Positions 1 to 11,722 of a stretch of 64,000 bases of DNA are shown piece after piece. The DNA is taken from assembly GCA_045837725.1 (NCBI GenBank), contig JBEWZL010000136.1, forward strand, positions 124,001 to 188,000, given 5' to 3'. The notes under the pieces were generated by a model, which worked only from the letters and a program-made list of their open reading frames with translations, was not told where the DNA came from and searched no databases. How positions within the stretch are numbered: the first letter of the stretch is position 1; every line of letters begins with the position of its first letter. The position numbers and the translations under genes are program-made. Source of the stretch: Vermamoeba vermiformis. Lineage: Eukaryota.

Positions 1-1808
1 TGGCAGCCAAAAAGTGAATTTGCTTCCTTGATCCGACCCGGCACTTTTGAACCGAGTTAGTACGATCACGAAATAATAGGGAATGGTGATATATATACCT
101 TTTAATACTGATAGCGCCTTCCATAAGTTTGACAATCAAGACGCAAATGTTCAAACCAAGTCCCGTGCCCCCGACCAAAATATCTTTTTTCTTGTTTGAC
201 GCTTGTTCGAAGGCTGAAAATATCGTTTTGAAATCTTTCGCGTTAACTCCAACACCAGTGTCTTTCACTGAAAACTGAAGATATTTCTCGTCCCCTGATG
301 ACTTGGCCCAATTGATCATCATCGTGTTGGACTTTGCACCGGCAGTTTTGATCTTGTGTTGGTTCGATAATTTCACGGTGAGCGTGATATTTCCTTGCGA
401 TGTAAATTTCACGGCATTTGAAAGTAAATTGACGAGTATTTGTTTCACTTTTGTTTTGTCGCCGAAGAACATATCGGGAAGATAGCCTTTCAGTCTCGAC
501 TCGAATTTGATCAGTTTCTTTTGGTTCAATAGCGGTGATATCACTTCTGATGCTTCATTCACTAATGCCTCAATTTTTATGCAGCTTTCTTCGAGCTTCA
601 TTTTGCCGGCCTCAATCTAAAGTCCAATCGTTAGGATAGAGATTATACGTAGAGTTTATATGAGGTACCTTTGAAAAGTCGAGAATGTCATTGATAAGCT
701 GCAATAGATTCGTGGAGCATGTCTTGGCAATGTTGATGAGTTTGACGTATTCATCAGTCAGTGGTGCGAACTTGAGAATGTCGATTGCTCCAATGATGCC
801 CGATAACGGCGTTCTATAAATAGAAAAGATTCAGCGAACCAAATATAGAATTGATAAAACTAATGTCCGTTCGTAATTATGCAATGCCAAGTGTGAATCT
901 ATCCAAATTAGCTAATTTAGGGAATATTGTTCTATTAGGGTGGTTTAGCATCCGCGGCAAATCTAAAATTAGTATTATAAAATAGTACCTTAATTCATGG
1001 CTCATGCGCGCTAAGAAATCAGTCTTGTGCTTGTCCGCTTGTTCAAACCTTGCGAAGATCTCGTGTAATTTTCTGATGGCTATCAACATCAATAAGCCCT
1101 CCGTTATTGTGCGGGATAAATATGGTACGCTATAGTTTCGAGGAATAATTAAATATGGAAGGTAAATCCTTTCACGTACAGTAACACCGACAGATCCCGT
1201 CCACTTGTTTCATAAATTCGTTGCTGATAATTCGTTAAATAGCCGACTATTAAGTTGCCTATAGTACTAAGCAAAACACCTTCGGATCCTATTAGACAAA
1301 CGGTTAGATCTGTTTTTAGGACGCGAAATCTTACCCATCGTAACTCCATTTAGCATTACATAGGTTCCGCTATGCATCACCATCATGTCAAACGATACTT
1401 CTTTTTTAGTGCCCATATAAATTAAGAAGTACATTGTTAATAGGGACGTGTAACCAGCTTTTCGTTCCGAATCCGTTCGGCAAAATATGTATGTACAAAT
1501 AATCCGGATAATTGGAGCTGTAAATGCCAACATTCGAAACCGAGTTGGGACATTGTAAATTAGCCCTAAAAAATAATTTAGAAATAATAAAATTAATTTT
1601 TGGTCATTTTACCTGCTGAGGAGACTATTGAGAGCATGAATGAAACCAAAAATATTCTAAAATAAGCTCTAATAATTAAATCTGCCTTTGCTTTGCTCGA
1701 TCCATCGGTTCTTCTAGGGCGCCAAAATTTGGTCGTGATCCACGAGATTATTCGCTCTTCTATTCGCCAATAAATCTCGCTAGGATGAAAAACATCTTCA
1801 CGGGTCAT
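1..1808 (-). CDS. Hybrid sensor histidine kinase, array copy 1 (multi-exon; receiver end runs off the window edge)
   Basis: ATG at 1808 (MTREDVFHP..). TM exons carry FCRTDSERKAGY; H-box FLARMSHELR|TPLSGIIGAIDIL; N-box QILVNLLSNAVKFT; G1 SVKDTGVGV; G2 GGTGLGLNIC. Introns are GT-AG. Confidence 0.93.
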
Positions 1809-2128
1809 GGTTACGTCATATCAAATTTTATTAAATCAATGTTACTTCGCATTTTGTTTTGTTCAACGTTCGTGAACAATATCCATTTTTGGAACCAACG
1901 AAAATTGTTCCGCTTCTCGTTTTGCGTCGTAAATCTTTTTGAGACGAGCTGATAAGTAAGTTGGCCTTGGTTTTGCTAAACCGCCAACTTTTTCGCCAAA
2001 AGTTGAACGTGATTCACGATGTAATCCGCACTTCGGTTGCTAATTCTACCAATCCAAGATTGTAGCTCCAAGGTAAGATTGCGGGAAATTTTGGACCACA
2101 CTAAGGAGTCGTGACGAAGGGGGTGGAT

Positions 2129-4463
2129 CTACTCGCAAAACCGATGACGGTACTTGTCCAAGCACTGCTTGAGAGTATCAATAGAGCACGGTTTCATCAA
2201 GAAATCGTCCATTCCTGCTTTCAGTGCCATTGTTCTCTTCTCTTCCACTGCATGTGCTGTCAGTGCGATGATTGGTGTTGTCACGCCCATTTCACGCAAC
2301 TCTGTCACCGTTGCGATACCATCTACGCCATAAATTATTATAAGACATCAATTAGACCGGCAAGCTTACCCATCACAGGCATCTCCAAGTCTAATAGAAT
2401 CACGTCATAGTGCGGTTTCGGGGTCGACTTTAGCCTCTGAACCGCGATCTGCCCATTTGACGCCTGATCAACAAGACAGCCTAACTTCGTCAATTGGCCT
2501 CTATCGTTATAATCTTCATTAATATACAAGTACTATGCAAATCTTGGCGGCGATCTAAAGCCTTACTTGATCACCAACTGATTGACCGCGTTATCTTCTA
2601 CCAAGTACACTTGCAATGGAGTCTTCGACAATGGTTCAATGACGCTAACTTCAGGGTCTCTCGGAGACTCGTCCTTTGGCGGTGACAATTCCTCTACGAA
2701 CGGGATCCAGAAACTGAACTTACTTCCTTGATTCACTCCTTTGCTATTATCGAACATAGATTAGAATTATACAAATACGATTATTCATTGCATACCTTTT
2801 AATGCTTATTGCGCCTTGCATCAGCTTCACGAGCAAGAGACAAATGTTGAGACCAAGTCCGGTGCCGCCAACAACTTCATCTTCCTTGCGATTGGCGAGC
2901 TTAAAATTTCATCAAAAGCTATCCTTAGGTGAGTATTATAGAACGTTTTACCTGCTCAAACGCTGAGAATAATCTTTTGAAATCTTGGGAACTGACTCCA
3001 ATGCCGGTGTCTTTCACTGAAAATCTGATGAACTTGTTCCATCGATTAGCCGTCCAATTATTAGTCATTGTGTCTACTGCGGTTGATGCGCGCTTAATAT
3101 CTTCGAAGTTTGTCAACTTAACGTTCAACTCGATACTGCCTTGATTGGTGAACTTGACTGCATTCGACAAGAAATTGACGAGAATTTGCTTCACTTTCGT
3201 CTTATCTGCCACAAAGTAGCTGGGGACTTCTTTCATTACCGCGATTGATTTGAATTCAATCGATCTTTTTTGGCCTAATAATGGTGACACAACTGATGAC
3301 ACCTCACTGATTAATTCTTTCATTTTGATCGTTTCTGGCATCAACTTCATCTTTCCAGCCTCGATCTAGTAATAATAGCACAAATTAGCGAGCGTCTCTC
3401 AAATAAATTAGCAACTGCCGTACCTTCGAAAAGTCGAGAATGTCGTTGATGAGCTGCAGTAGATTCGTGGAGCATGTTTTGGCAATGTTGATGAGTTTGA
3501 CGTATTCATCAGTCAGTGGTGCGAACTTGAGAATGTCGATTGCTCCGATGATGCCTGATAACGGCGTTCTAAACAAAATGAATCAAAATACGTCGTGTCA
3601 AAAACGTCAAATTTTTCGCTTTCGAAGGAGCAAAAGGCGATATTATCGTATTGCCGTACCTCAATTCGTGGCTCATTCTGCATAAAAATTCAGTTTTGTG
3701 TTTATCTGCCTCTTCAAATCGGGCAAAGGTCTCCGTGAATTTCCGGATTCCAATTAACGTTAAACCCGCTTCCATGATTGTTCGCATAACGAAAGGTGCC
3801 CTAAGTGCCTGTTAATATCATATTTGAATCACGATTCATAATAGACATTTACCAGAGCAGAGTTAGATCTCGAGATGTGTTAACCATTTGCTGTCGATTG
3901 TAAAAAAGAGATCCAAGCAGAATATTGGCCGATAGAGCTACGTATACGCCTTCATTTCCTATAATTAAAAACATTTAGTCAGTTTTACAAAAGCTGTGGA
4001 TTTGTATCCGTACCCATGACAATTCCACTCAGCATTGTTAGAGCGGATCCTTGCATCATAAACATTTCAAAGCATACGTGCCTAGGACTCCCCAGATACA
4101 ATAATGTATAAACGATCGCCAGCGAAAAATAACCAGCTTTTCTTTCTGAATCCGTTCTACAAAAGACAAATGCCGCCATAATTCGTATTGTGGGTCCAAC
4201 CAAGGACAATAAATAATATCTAGAGTTTGTTCCAGTCGGGATATAACCTAATACTCGATTAAAATTAAAATAAATATTACAAGAGTTTTCTTACCCGTCA
4301 TCATGACTAAACATTGTGTAAATGATAGCAAAAATATTCTAAAATAGGCACGAAGTATTAAATCGGCTTTGGCTTTGCTTGATCCACCAACTCTCTTCGG
4401 TCGCCAAAATTTGGCAACCCACGAGACGACCAGTTCTTCGCATCTCCAATAAATTGGTTCCAT
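2129..4463 (-). CDS. Hybrid sensor histidine kinase, copy 2 (about 6TM-HisKA-HATPase_c-REC)
   Basis: MEPIYWR.. start; MSHELR|TPL; NAVKFT; DTGIG; GTGLGL; receiver VEDNAVNQ / ILLDLEMP / ALTA / FLMKP; ends CLDKYRHRFCE-TAG at 2129. Confidence 0.93.
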
Positions 4464-4464
4464 T

Positions 4465-5209
4465 GAGGGAATTAAAAACTTAACTTACGCGGCATAAAAT
4501 TTTTTTTTCGCGCTTAAGTTATGCGGCGTAAAAAATTATTCCTCAAATGCGTTTCAAACTTAACTTATCTTTTTTCTCAAATCAACCGCGACCTTGAGCG
4601 ACGCTCAAAAATTATAGTATTAATAATATAATTAAGTACCAAGGTTATATTAACGTAAGCCACGAAAGTGGTTATGAAAGAAAATTTCAAATAATTCAAG
4701 TTCGGATCTGAAAATTAGATCCCGCTTTCTCTCGTGCGAGTATGTGTCGACTGGCTCATTTAGCGTTCATAATTATCGTTAGACACTATGAGAGCCTTCG
4801 TCTACCATACTCAGCATTGTGGTGCCTCACTGGAGTTGAGAATAGACTGCGTGACTCAAAAAAAATCATTCGCTTTTCTCCTCAACAACGAGCACCACAA
4901 GAGTCGCACCACTCCAGTTCCATATTATATATGCAGTAATATAACTATATATATTTTTAAGAATTTTTCTGCCGTGCTAAGCCACCGATCAGCACATCAT
5001 CTGATCTACAATTTTTTTGTCTCTCGTGTCGAGAGCTAGTTCTTAGCCAACGACATAATGTCCTTGTAGTATTTTGTATTTTGAAATGAAAAAATAAACC
5101 TTGGCATAACTTTACAAAAGAAAAGATAAGTTAAGTTTGAAACGCATTTTTTGGCATAACTTAGCGATTTTTTTTTTTATGCCGCGTAAGTTAAGTTTTT
5201 AATTCCCTC
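4465..5209. mobile_element. Non-autonomous TIR DNA transposon (MITE-like), ~745 bp
   Basis: GAGGGAATTAAAAACTTAACTTACGCGGCATAAAA (4465-4499) is the exact reverse complement of 5175-5209. A second inverted block pairs ~4545-4574 with ~5121-5150. ATT flanks both ends (4462-4464 and 5210-5212), a candidate 3-bp TSD. No transposase ORF inside. Confidence 0.8.
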
Positions 5210-5489
5210 ATTGGCGCTCGTAATTTTTTTAAAATACAAAATATTGTGTCGTCCATGATGATTTACTGTTGATTTACCGATAACACATGACAGGTGTGTC
5301 ATTTTGAATTTTAAAACTCTTGCAAGCTGATTTAGTTACGAAGATGAATAATGAAATCCCGGAAGTTTTTAACATAGTAGACCTGTTGTTGGCTTGCTTA
5401 AGCACGCTCTGTGGCGAGTGTTCTGTTCAACGTTTCTCCATCGGATCTGCAGCGAGGACAATTTTTGTTTGCGCAGATTTTCAACAAGC

Positions 5490-7329
5490 ATGGAGCACCC
5501 TCCTTATAATATCGGAGATAGCCTACCGTTGGAGGTTATCGAGACAATTCTTATCAGCCTTGACACGCACTCTCATTTTCTTAGGTAAACTAATACTGGC
5601 TGTATAATTCGAATTAAGAACTTTTATTATTTAATTAATAGCGAACAATGGAATGTTCACCATCAATTAATGATATCACCAGAGCTCGATCCGTTTCTAA
5701 AACTTGGTTTTTTGTTGTCGATGCATTAATTGAGCGTTCTAAAATACCCTCCGTACGTAAATAATTTTAGTATAATTTTTGGAATTAATTTTATTGTTAG
5801 AGGACTCCTGCAGAGCGAGTTCGATTTGCCGTATCTAAATTTCTATCCCAATATCGAAATCTGCTTGATCCACCAAAGAAGGATGAGAAAGATCAATCTA
5901 ATAAGACGGAAAAAAACAAGAAAATATCTAAAAACAAATCCAAAAAGAACGAGATCCAGCCACAACCAGCTCAAGAACCCGAGCCAAAAAAAACTCGATG
6001 CAATATCGATTGGCTACGAAAGAGCTTCGAGACTATATTATTGGCACTTCCTCTGTCAGACGAATTTCTACCGGTCAGTGAAGAAAAGATCTTGCTCTAC
6101 GTGTGGCTGTTTGCTGAAGAAGAGGACACTCTCAGACGCTATTTTGCATCCGTATTTAAACGTAAGTCATGCAGATTATTTTCTGTTATCATTTTAACCA
6201 GGGGTTGGTTTTTAAAGCCAAGATCGGATGCCGGATGCCGCTATTTGGAGGATATTTCATGATGATTCGGCCGAATAAATTCGTGTTCGAGCTTGAAAGA
6301 GAATTGCTGGCCCTATTGCATCCTTATAAGTACAACAGATTAGAGGTACGTAACACGAACCTTTATTTGACACGTGTCAACTCACATTACTGACCTTTAT
6401 TTGACACGTGTCAAACTCCGTTCACTAAATTAACACGGCGTTAACAATGTTGTACGGCCCGTATGACGTTTATGACATTTTGACACGACAAAACCAATCT
6501 GACACGTGTCACTTTTGACACTTCTTTTGCAAGCCCCGCTCATCATTTAGTTCAGTAGTACGATTTTTATTAATGAAGGTGTTCAGACTGACAATGCTAA
6601 GCAAGGCTATCAACCGAAGCACCTCGACATACTGATTGAATTGTCACGAAAAGTTGCAACATCCACGGCACAATTGTTAAAGTTATTACCTAGGTAGGTA
6701 TACTGTAATCCTTGCATTGAATAACTATACCACAGTATTAACTTTTGATATGAATGATAATAGTAAGATAATCTACACGTTGAAATCAGTCCAGCGGATC
6801 TGCGTCTATGATTCTAGCGCAATTGTTTAGGAAGTTTATTATCCCTAGTGTCACTCGAACGGCGATGTTTGGTCCAACAGTAAGTACCTACTAATTATAG
6901 TACTCATAATGTATATGCGTATTTGCATTCCTTTTAATAAAACCAATTAATTTACTGAGATCGCTTTGTAGCGAAAAGGCAATAGAAATGGTCTAAAACC
7001 ACAACTTGCAACACACTTCCACACTGTGGCCGTGATCATTACAGCGAACTTAGAAGGAAGTCGTTTGCGAGAGGCTTATTTGGATCAAGCAAATTACCTC
7101 GGAGAAGATCTCAAAAAAATTCTCATTCCAGCATTTGAAGAGTTAATGGTACCTTACTAATTTAACGCCTAGCTCCTTATATAATTAATTTTTTGTTTAA
7201 ATTTAGAAAATCGAGATTGATATGGCAGAAGTCAAGAAGCCGTTGGCGATCAATGTTCGTGGAGATGAACTTTTATCATTATTATTGAATATGAAACAGC
7301 CACAGAAATTCGCTCCGCAGAAAAAATAG
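5490..7329 (+). CDS. F-box-like protein, multi-exon, with an apparent frame break between exons 1 and 2
   Basis: SLPLEVIETILISLD (exon 1) and DITRARSVSKTWFFVV (exon 2) resemble the two halves of an F-box. Exon 2 splices in frame to TPAERVRFAVSKFLSQY.. The 3' end is approximate. Confidence 0.55.
6362..6520. repeat. Cluster of TGACACGTGTCA palindromes (with a direct repeat) inside an intron
   Basis: Palindromes at 6368, 6402 and 6500; ACCTTTATTTGACACGTGTCAA is duplicated. Confidence 0.8.
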
Positions 7330-7522
7330 TCATTTGAATCGACTTGTGAACGCTCTTATCTGGATTAGTGACACGTGCCAACACCAACTTTGGATCGAAA
7401 CTCAATCTCCCTTTCGGAGAAATTTGTTATGACCGGGTAAAAAGGTGATTCAAAAAGCGAATTGGAGATTCTTTCCGTTGTTTCTGATTCAAAAAAAAGA
7501 CCTTTTAAATCAACGCTGCAAC

Positions 7523-8832
7523 ATGAAAGCAACAATTGCCTTTAATCTTTTAGTGTTGCTGAGTCTTTGCTGCTATGTAAAAGGTACCGTACTTAAGTTG
7601 CAAAAAGGTCTTACAAAACAATTCTTAGGTGACTCGCAATGCAACTTGGGTCAATTCGCCGTTAGAAGTGATAAAGAAGACTATTTGGTAATTAACTCCC
7701 CTAAAGACGTCCAATTGTGCGGAGTCAATCTTTGTAATGCAATCAACGCCAAGCAATCGTTGTCGCTCTCAGCGGACGGTGCAACTCTTCAAATATCCGA
7801 CTCCAATTCCGTAACGCTTCAGGATCCTAGTCCCACAAACGAACTTCAGACTTTGTCGTTGGATGCGGCAGGCAAACTGTCGATCTCGCAAGGGAATTCC
7901 GTTGACATCCCCGACATGAGCTCAACAAACGAGATTCAAAGTCTATCTCTCACGCAAGACGGAATCTTATCAATTTCGAATTCCAACTATGTAACAATAC
8001 CTGATGTGAGTCAAACGAACGAAATCCAAACTCTTTCGTTGGATGCGTCTGGCAAACTGTCGATCTCACAAGGGAACTCAGTCGACATCCCCGACATTAG
8101 CCCAACAAACGAGATTCAAACTTTGTCTCTTAATGGCAACTCATTAGAGCTCTCCAATGGTGGATCTGGCGTTACTCTTCCCGATGTTTCAGCAACCAAC
8201 GAGCTTCAAAACTTGACACTAAGCAACGGTGTCTTATCCGTCACTAATGGCAACTCAGTCCTGCTTCCCGATACCAGTGACAAGAACGAACTTCAAAATT
8301 TGACGCTAACCAACAACGTCTTATCCATCACTAATGGCAACTCCCTAGACATTTCGTACTTGAGCAGTAAGAATCAAATGCAACGAGAAGTAAAAGTTAA
8401 TTTTTGAAATCAGAGCCAGTCCTATTCCGAGTCTCCTTGTCGGCTAGCCTCACCATTCCGCAAGCCCAATACACTACAGTAGCCTTTGATAGCATTACTG
8501 TTGATACTGCCCAAGGATTTGTAGCGGGAGGCATTTATAAGGTTGTTACTCCAGGATGGTACCAGGCCTCCACGATGTTTACTTTTCACGTGACAGCATC
8601 ATCCACGTACTACATCGAAACTCACTTTTACGTGAACAACAGCCCATCTTTCCACTGCACAAATAATGCTGCACTCAGTGGCTACACTTTGTTAGGTACG
8701 CAGTGCACGGATATCTTCTACTTGGGGAAAAACGACGCTATTTCCGTTGTGTTATGGTGGTCCGGCTCTGGCAGTAGCCTGGAAAATCTTGTCGGCAACA
8801 GTTCATGGACCTTACTCAAAGTCAGTGACTAG
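7523..8832 (+). CDS. Secreted protein: signal peptide + 7 x ~30-aa TNE(I/L)QTLSL..G.LSIS.GNSV.(I/L)PD repeats + C-terminal C1q/TNF-like domain
   Basis: MKATIAFNLLVLLSLCCYVKG signal peptide. Repeats are readable in ORF 7445..8407. After an intron (~8367-8414), PVLFRVSL..TTVAFDSITVDT..GIYKVVTPGWYQ matches the C1q pattern. Confidence 0.85.
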
Positions 8833-9028
8833 AACGCATATGTAATCAGTGTTTAAATGTCTCGACAAATAAACAAGAAAAAGTTTATTCAGCCCGCGTA
8901 AATGTCCGACAGCCCATCGTATTTAAAGTGTTTTCCTCTTCGAACGTTTCTTCAACAACTTTGCGCTAGCTCTTCTTCTAAGCGCTGCGGGTTCAATTCC
9001 CTTGAACGACAGCCAATCACATCAAGTT

Positions 9029-11475
9029 CTATTTCGGCGCTGCGACGTTCTTCTCGAGACATTGTTTGAGAGTATCAATAGAACACGGTTTCATCAAGAA
9101 GTCATCCATTCCTGCTTTCAGTGCCATTGTTCTCTTCTCTTCCACTGCATGTGCTGTCAGTGCGATGATTGGTGTTGTCACTCCCATTTCACGCAACTCT
9201 GTCACCGTTGCAATACCATCTACGCCATAAATTAATATATATAATCAATTAGACCGGCAAGCTTACCCATCACAGGCATCTCCAAGTCCAACAAGATGAT
9301 GTCGTACTTCAGTTGTGCTTTGTCTTTGAGCAGATCCGTAGCGAGTAAACCATTTGACGCGAGATCAACTTGACATCCGAGCTTCATTAGTTGACCCCTG
9401 TTATTGAAACAATATTAGCCTGAGTATTAATCCGCAACTATATTATAATATGACTTACTTGATGACCATCTGATTGACGGTATTATCTTCAACGAGCAGC
9501 ACGGATATTTTCGGGCGTTCAGAATCAACGACATATCGCGTGACTTCTTTGCCATTCGTTACAACATCACTATCGATGCAGTCTTTGCCGTCATATGGAA
9601 TCCAGAACGTGAATTTAGTGCCTTGATTGGCCCCGGTGCTGCAAAACACGATGACATTAGTTGACACGTGTCATAGCTACGAGCGAGTTGTACGTACCTC
9701 CTGATGCTAATAGCGCCTTGCATGAGTTCAATAAGCAACAGACAGATGTTCAGACCAAGGCCAGTGCCACCTGCAATCTCGTTCTTCTTTCGCAACGTTG
9801 CCTATCGAGTGCAAAGGTGAGCACTTGTGTTGAGTGTCATGAAAGTGACACGTGTCAAAAAAAGTTGAATTGTACCTGTTCGAAGGCTGAAAAGATCTTC
9901 TCAAAATCGTTGACATCCACACCAATGCCCGTGTCTTTCACTGAAAACTTGAGGAATGTTTTGCACTCTTTGGTCCACGAATTCATCAACGAAAATGTTC
10001 TGTTCGCTGCTTTAGCGATACTTTGATCAGTATCGAGTTTGACTTTCAATTTGATGCTGCCAGTGCTCGTGAACTTGACGGCATTCGATAACAAATTGAC
10101 GAGGATTTGTTTCACTTTCGTCCTGTCTGCCATAAATGCCTGGGGAGTATCGGCAGGAATGGACTTGACGAATGTAATGCCCTTTTTTAGATTTAATAGC
10201 GGTGAGACTACTTCAGCGGCTTCATTCATCAAATCTTTCACGTTCACTGCCTCGATTATTAGCTTCATTTTACCGGCCTCAATCTGTCACAAATTATTAA
10301 TATTATATCGTTTCATTAAGAATATTCAAAAGTAATAATGATAGCATGATTATTAAAATGACAGGTGTCATTCAGGTACCTTCGAAAAGTCAAGGATATC
10401 GTTGATTAATTGCAATAGATTGGTAGAGCAGGTTTTGGCAATATTAATAAGTTTGAAATACTCGTCTGTTAATGGCGCAAATCTTAGTATTTCAATGGCA
10501 CCAATAATTCCGGATAACGGCGTTCTAAAAATAACAATTATTACGAGCTGATAATGACACTTTGACAGATCGCGTTTCAACTTTAATCTCTTTTGAAGTC
10601 TGTCAAATCATTTCTAAATATATCATGTCTTAATTATAATAAGGTATAATATCGTACCTTAATTCGTGGCTCATACGGCAGAGAAATTCTGTCTTGTGTT
10701 TGTTGGCTTGCTCGAGACGAGAAAACGTTTCTGTGAACTTTAAGATGCTAATACTAATCATTATAGCCTCGGTAATATTACGGGCAACAAATGTACTCCT
10801 ATTTAATCAAATTAAATTCGATTGCACGCGATCTCGATTTCATACCACATAAGATGCGTTTCACCGCTGGCAGTTTGAAGGAATATATAGCCAATAGTAA
10901 AGTTTGCGAGTACTCCGAGACATAAGCCTTCAAATCCTAAAAGAATAATAAATTACTGATTCATTCTGTGGTCTAAAAATATACATCCGGTATACCTAAC
11001 ACGACTCCGCTTGTTAATAGAAACGAGGAGCTTCGGAACGAGAACTTGTCGAACCCAGTATCAGGGTGCTCGAAAATGTGCGTGTAGATAGTCACATACA
11101 TAAATATAATGGCGAAATAACCAGCTTTTCGTTCCGAATCTGTCCAGCAAAATATCATCAACGAGACGATGCATGACATTGGTGATAATAGCGAGACTAG
11201 TTTATGAGGTCCACTCTCGCCAAAGCTGACGTCTAAACGAAGAATATACAATTAGATTTTTTAATTGCGCATCTTGGAGGTTAAAAAAAGATATTATGCT
11301 TACCAGCTACGATTAATATAAACGATGACAAGCATAATAAAGTTAATCGCACAAACATTCTAATAAATATTTCTGCTCTTTCAAGGCTCGATCCCTGTTG
11401 CTGGCGCCAATAGTTCGCCACAGTATACGCGACCATGCGGTCCTCTAAATTTTTATAGGCGGCAAAATAACCCAT
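9029..11475 (-). CDS. Hybrid sensor histidine kinase, copy 3
   Basis: MGYFAAYKNLED start; FCWTDSERKAGY; all HK boxes and receiver motifs present; ends CLEKNVAAPK-TAG. Confidence 0.92.
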
Positions 11476-11722
11476 GGTGACGTTGGGATCAATCAGATTA
11501 TTGATTGTAAATACAAAATTACACTGGCGTAAGTTTATTATTAGCACGTGAAAAACTGCTAAATTTGGCGAATCCAGATCCGGAGCACGAAGTGGCCGTT
11601 TTCTTCCCGCTATTCAATTATAAACTCGAACCCCCCACTAGTGTGCACCATTAATCAAGGGACCAACAATTCCGAGCCACTTCTTTAAACGATTCTTCCC
11701 TGCCAAACGAGTGAATCTGGAT

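Noticed and set aside
4742-5039. ORFs inside the TIR element as a possible transposase
   Set aside because: Short, with no DDE or HTH motif recognisable.
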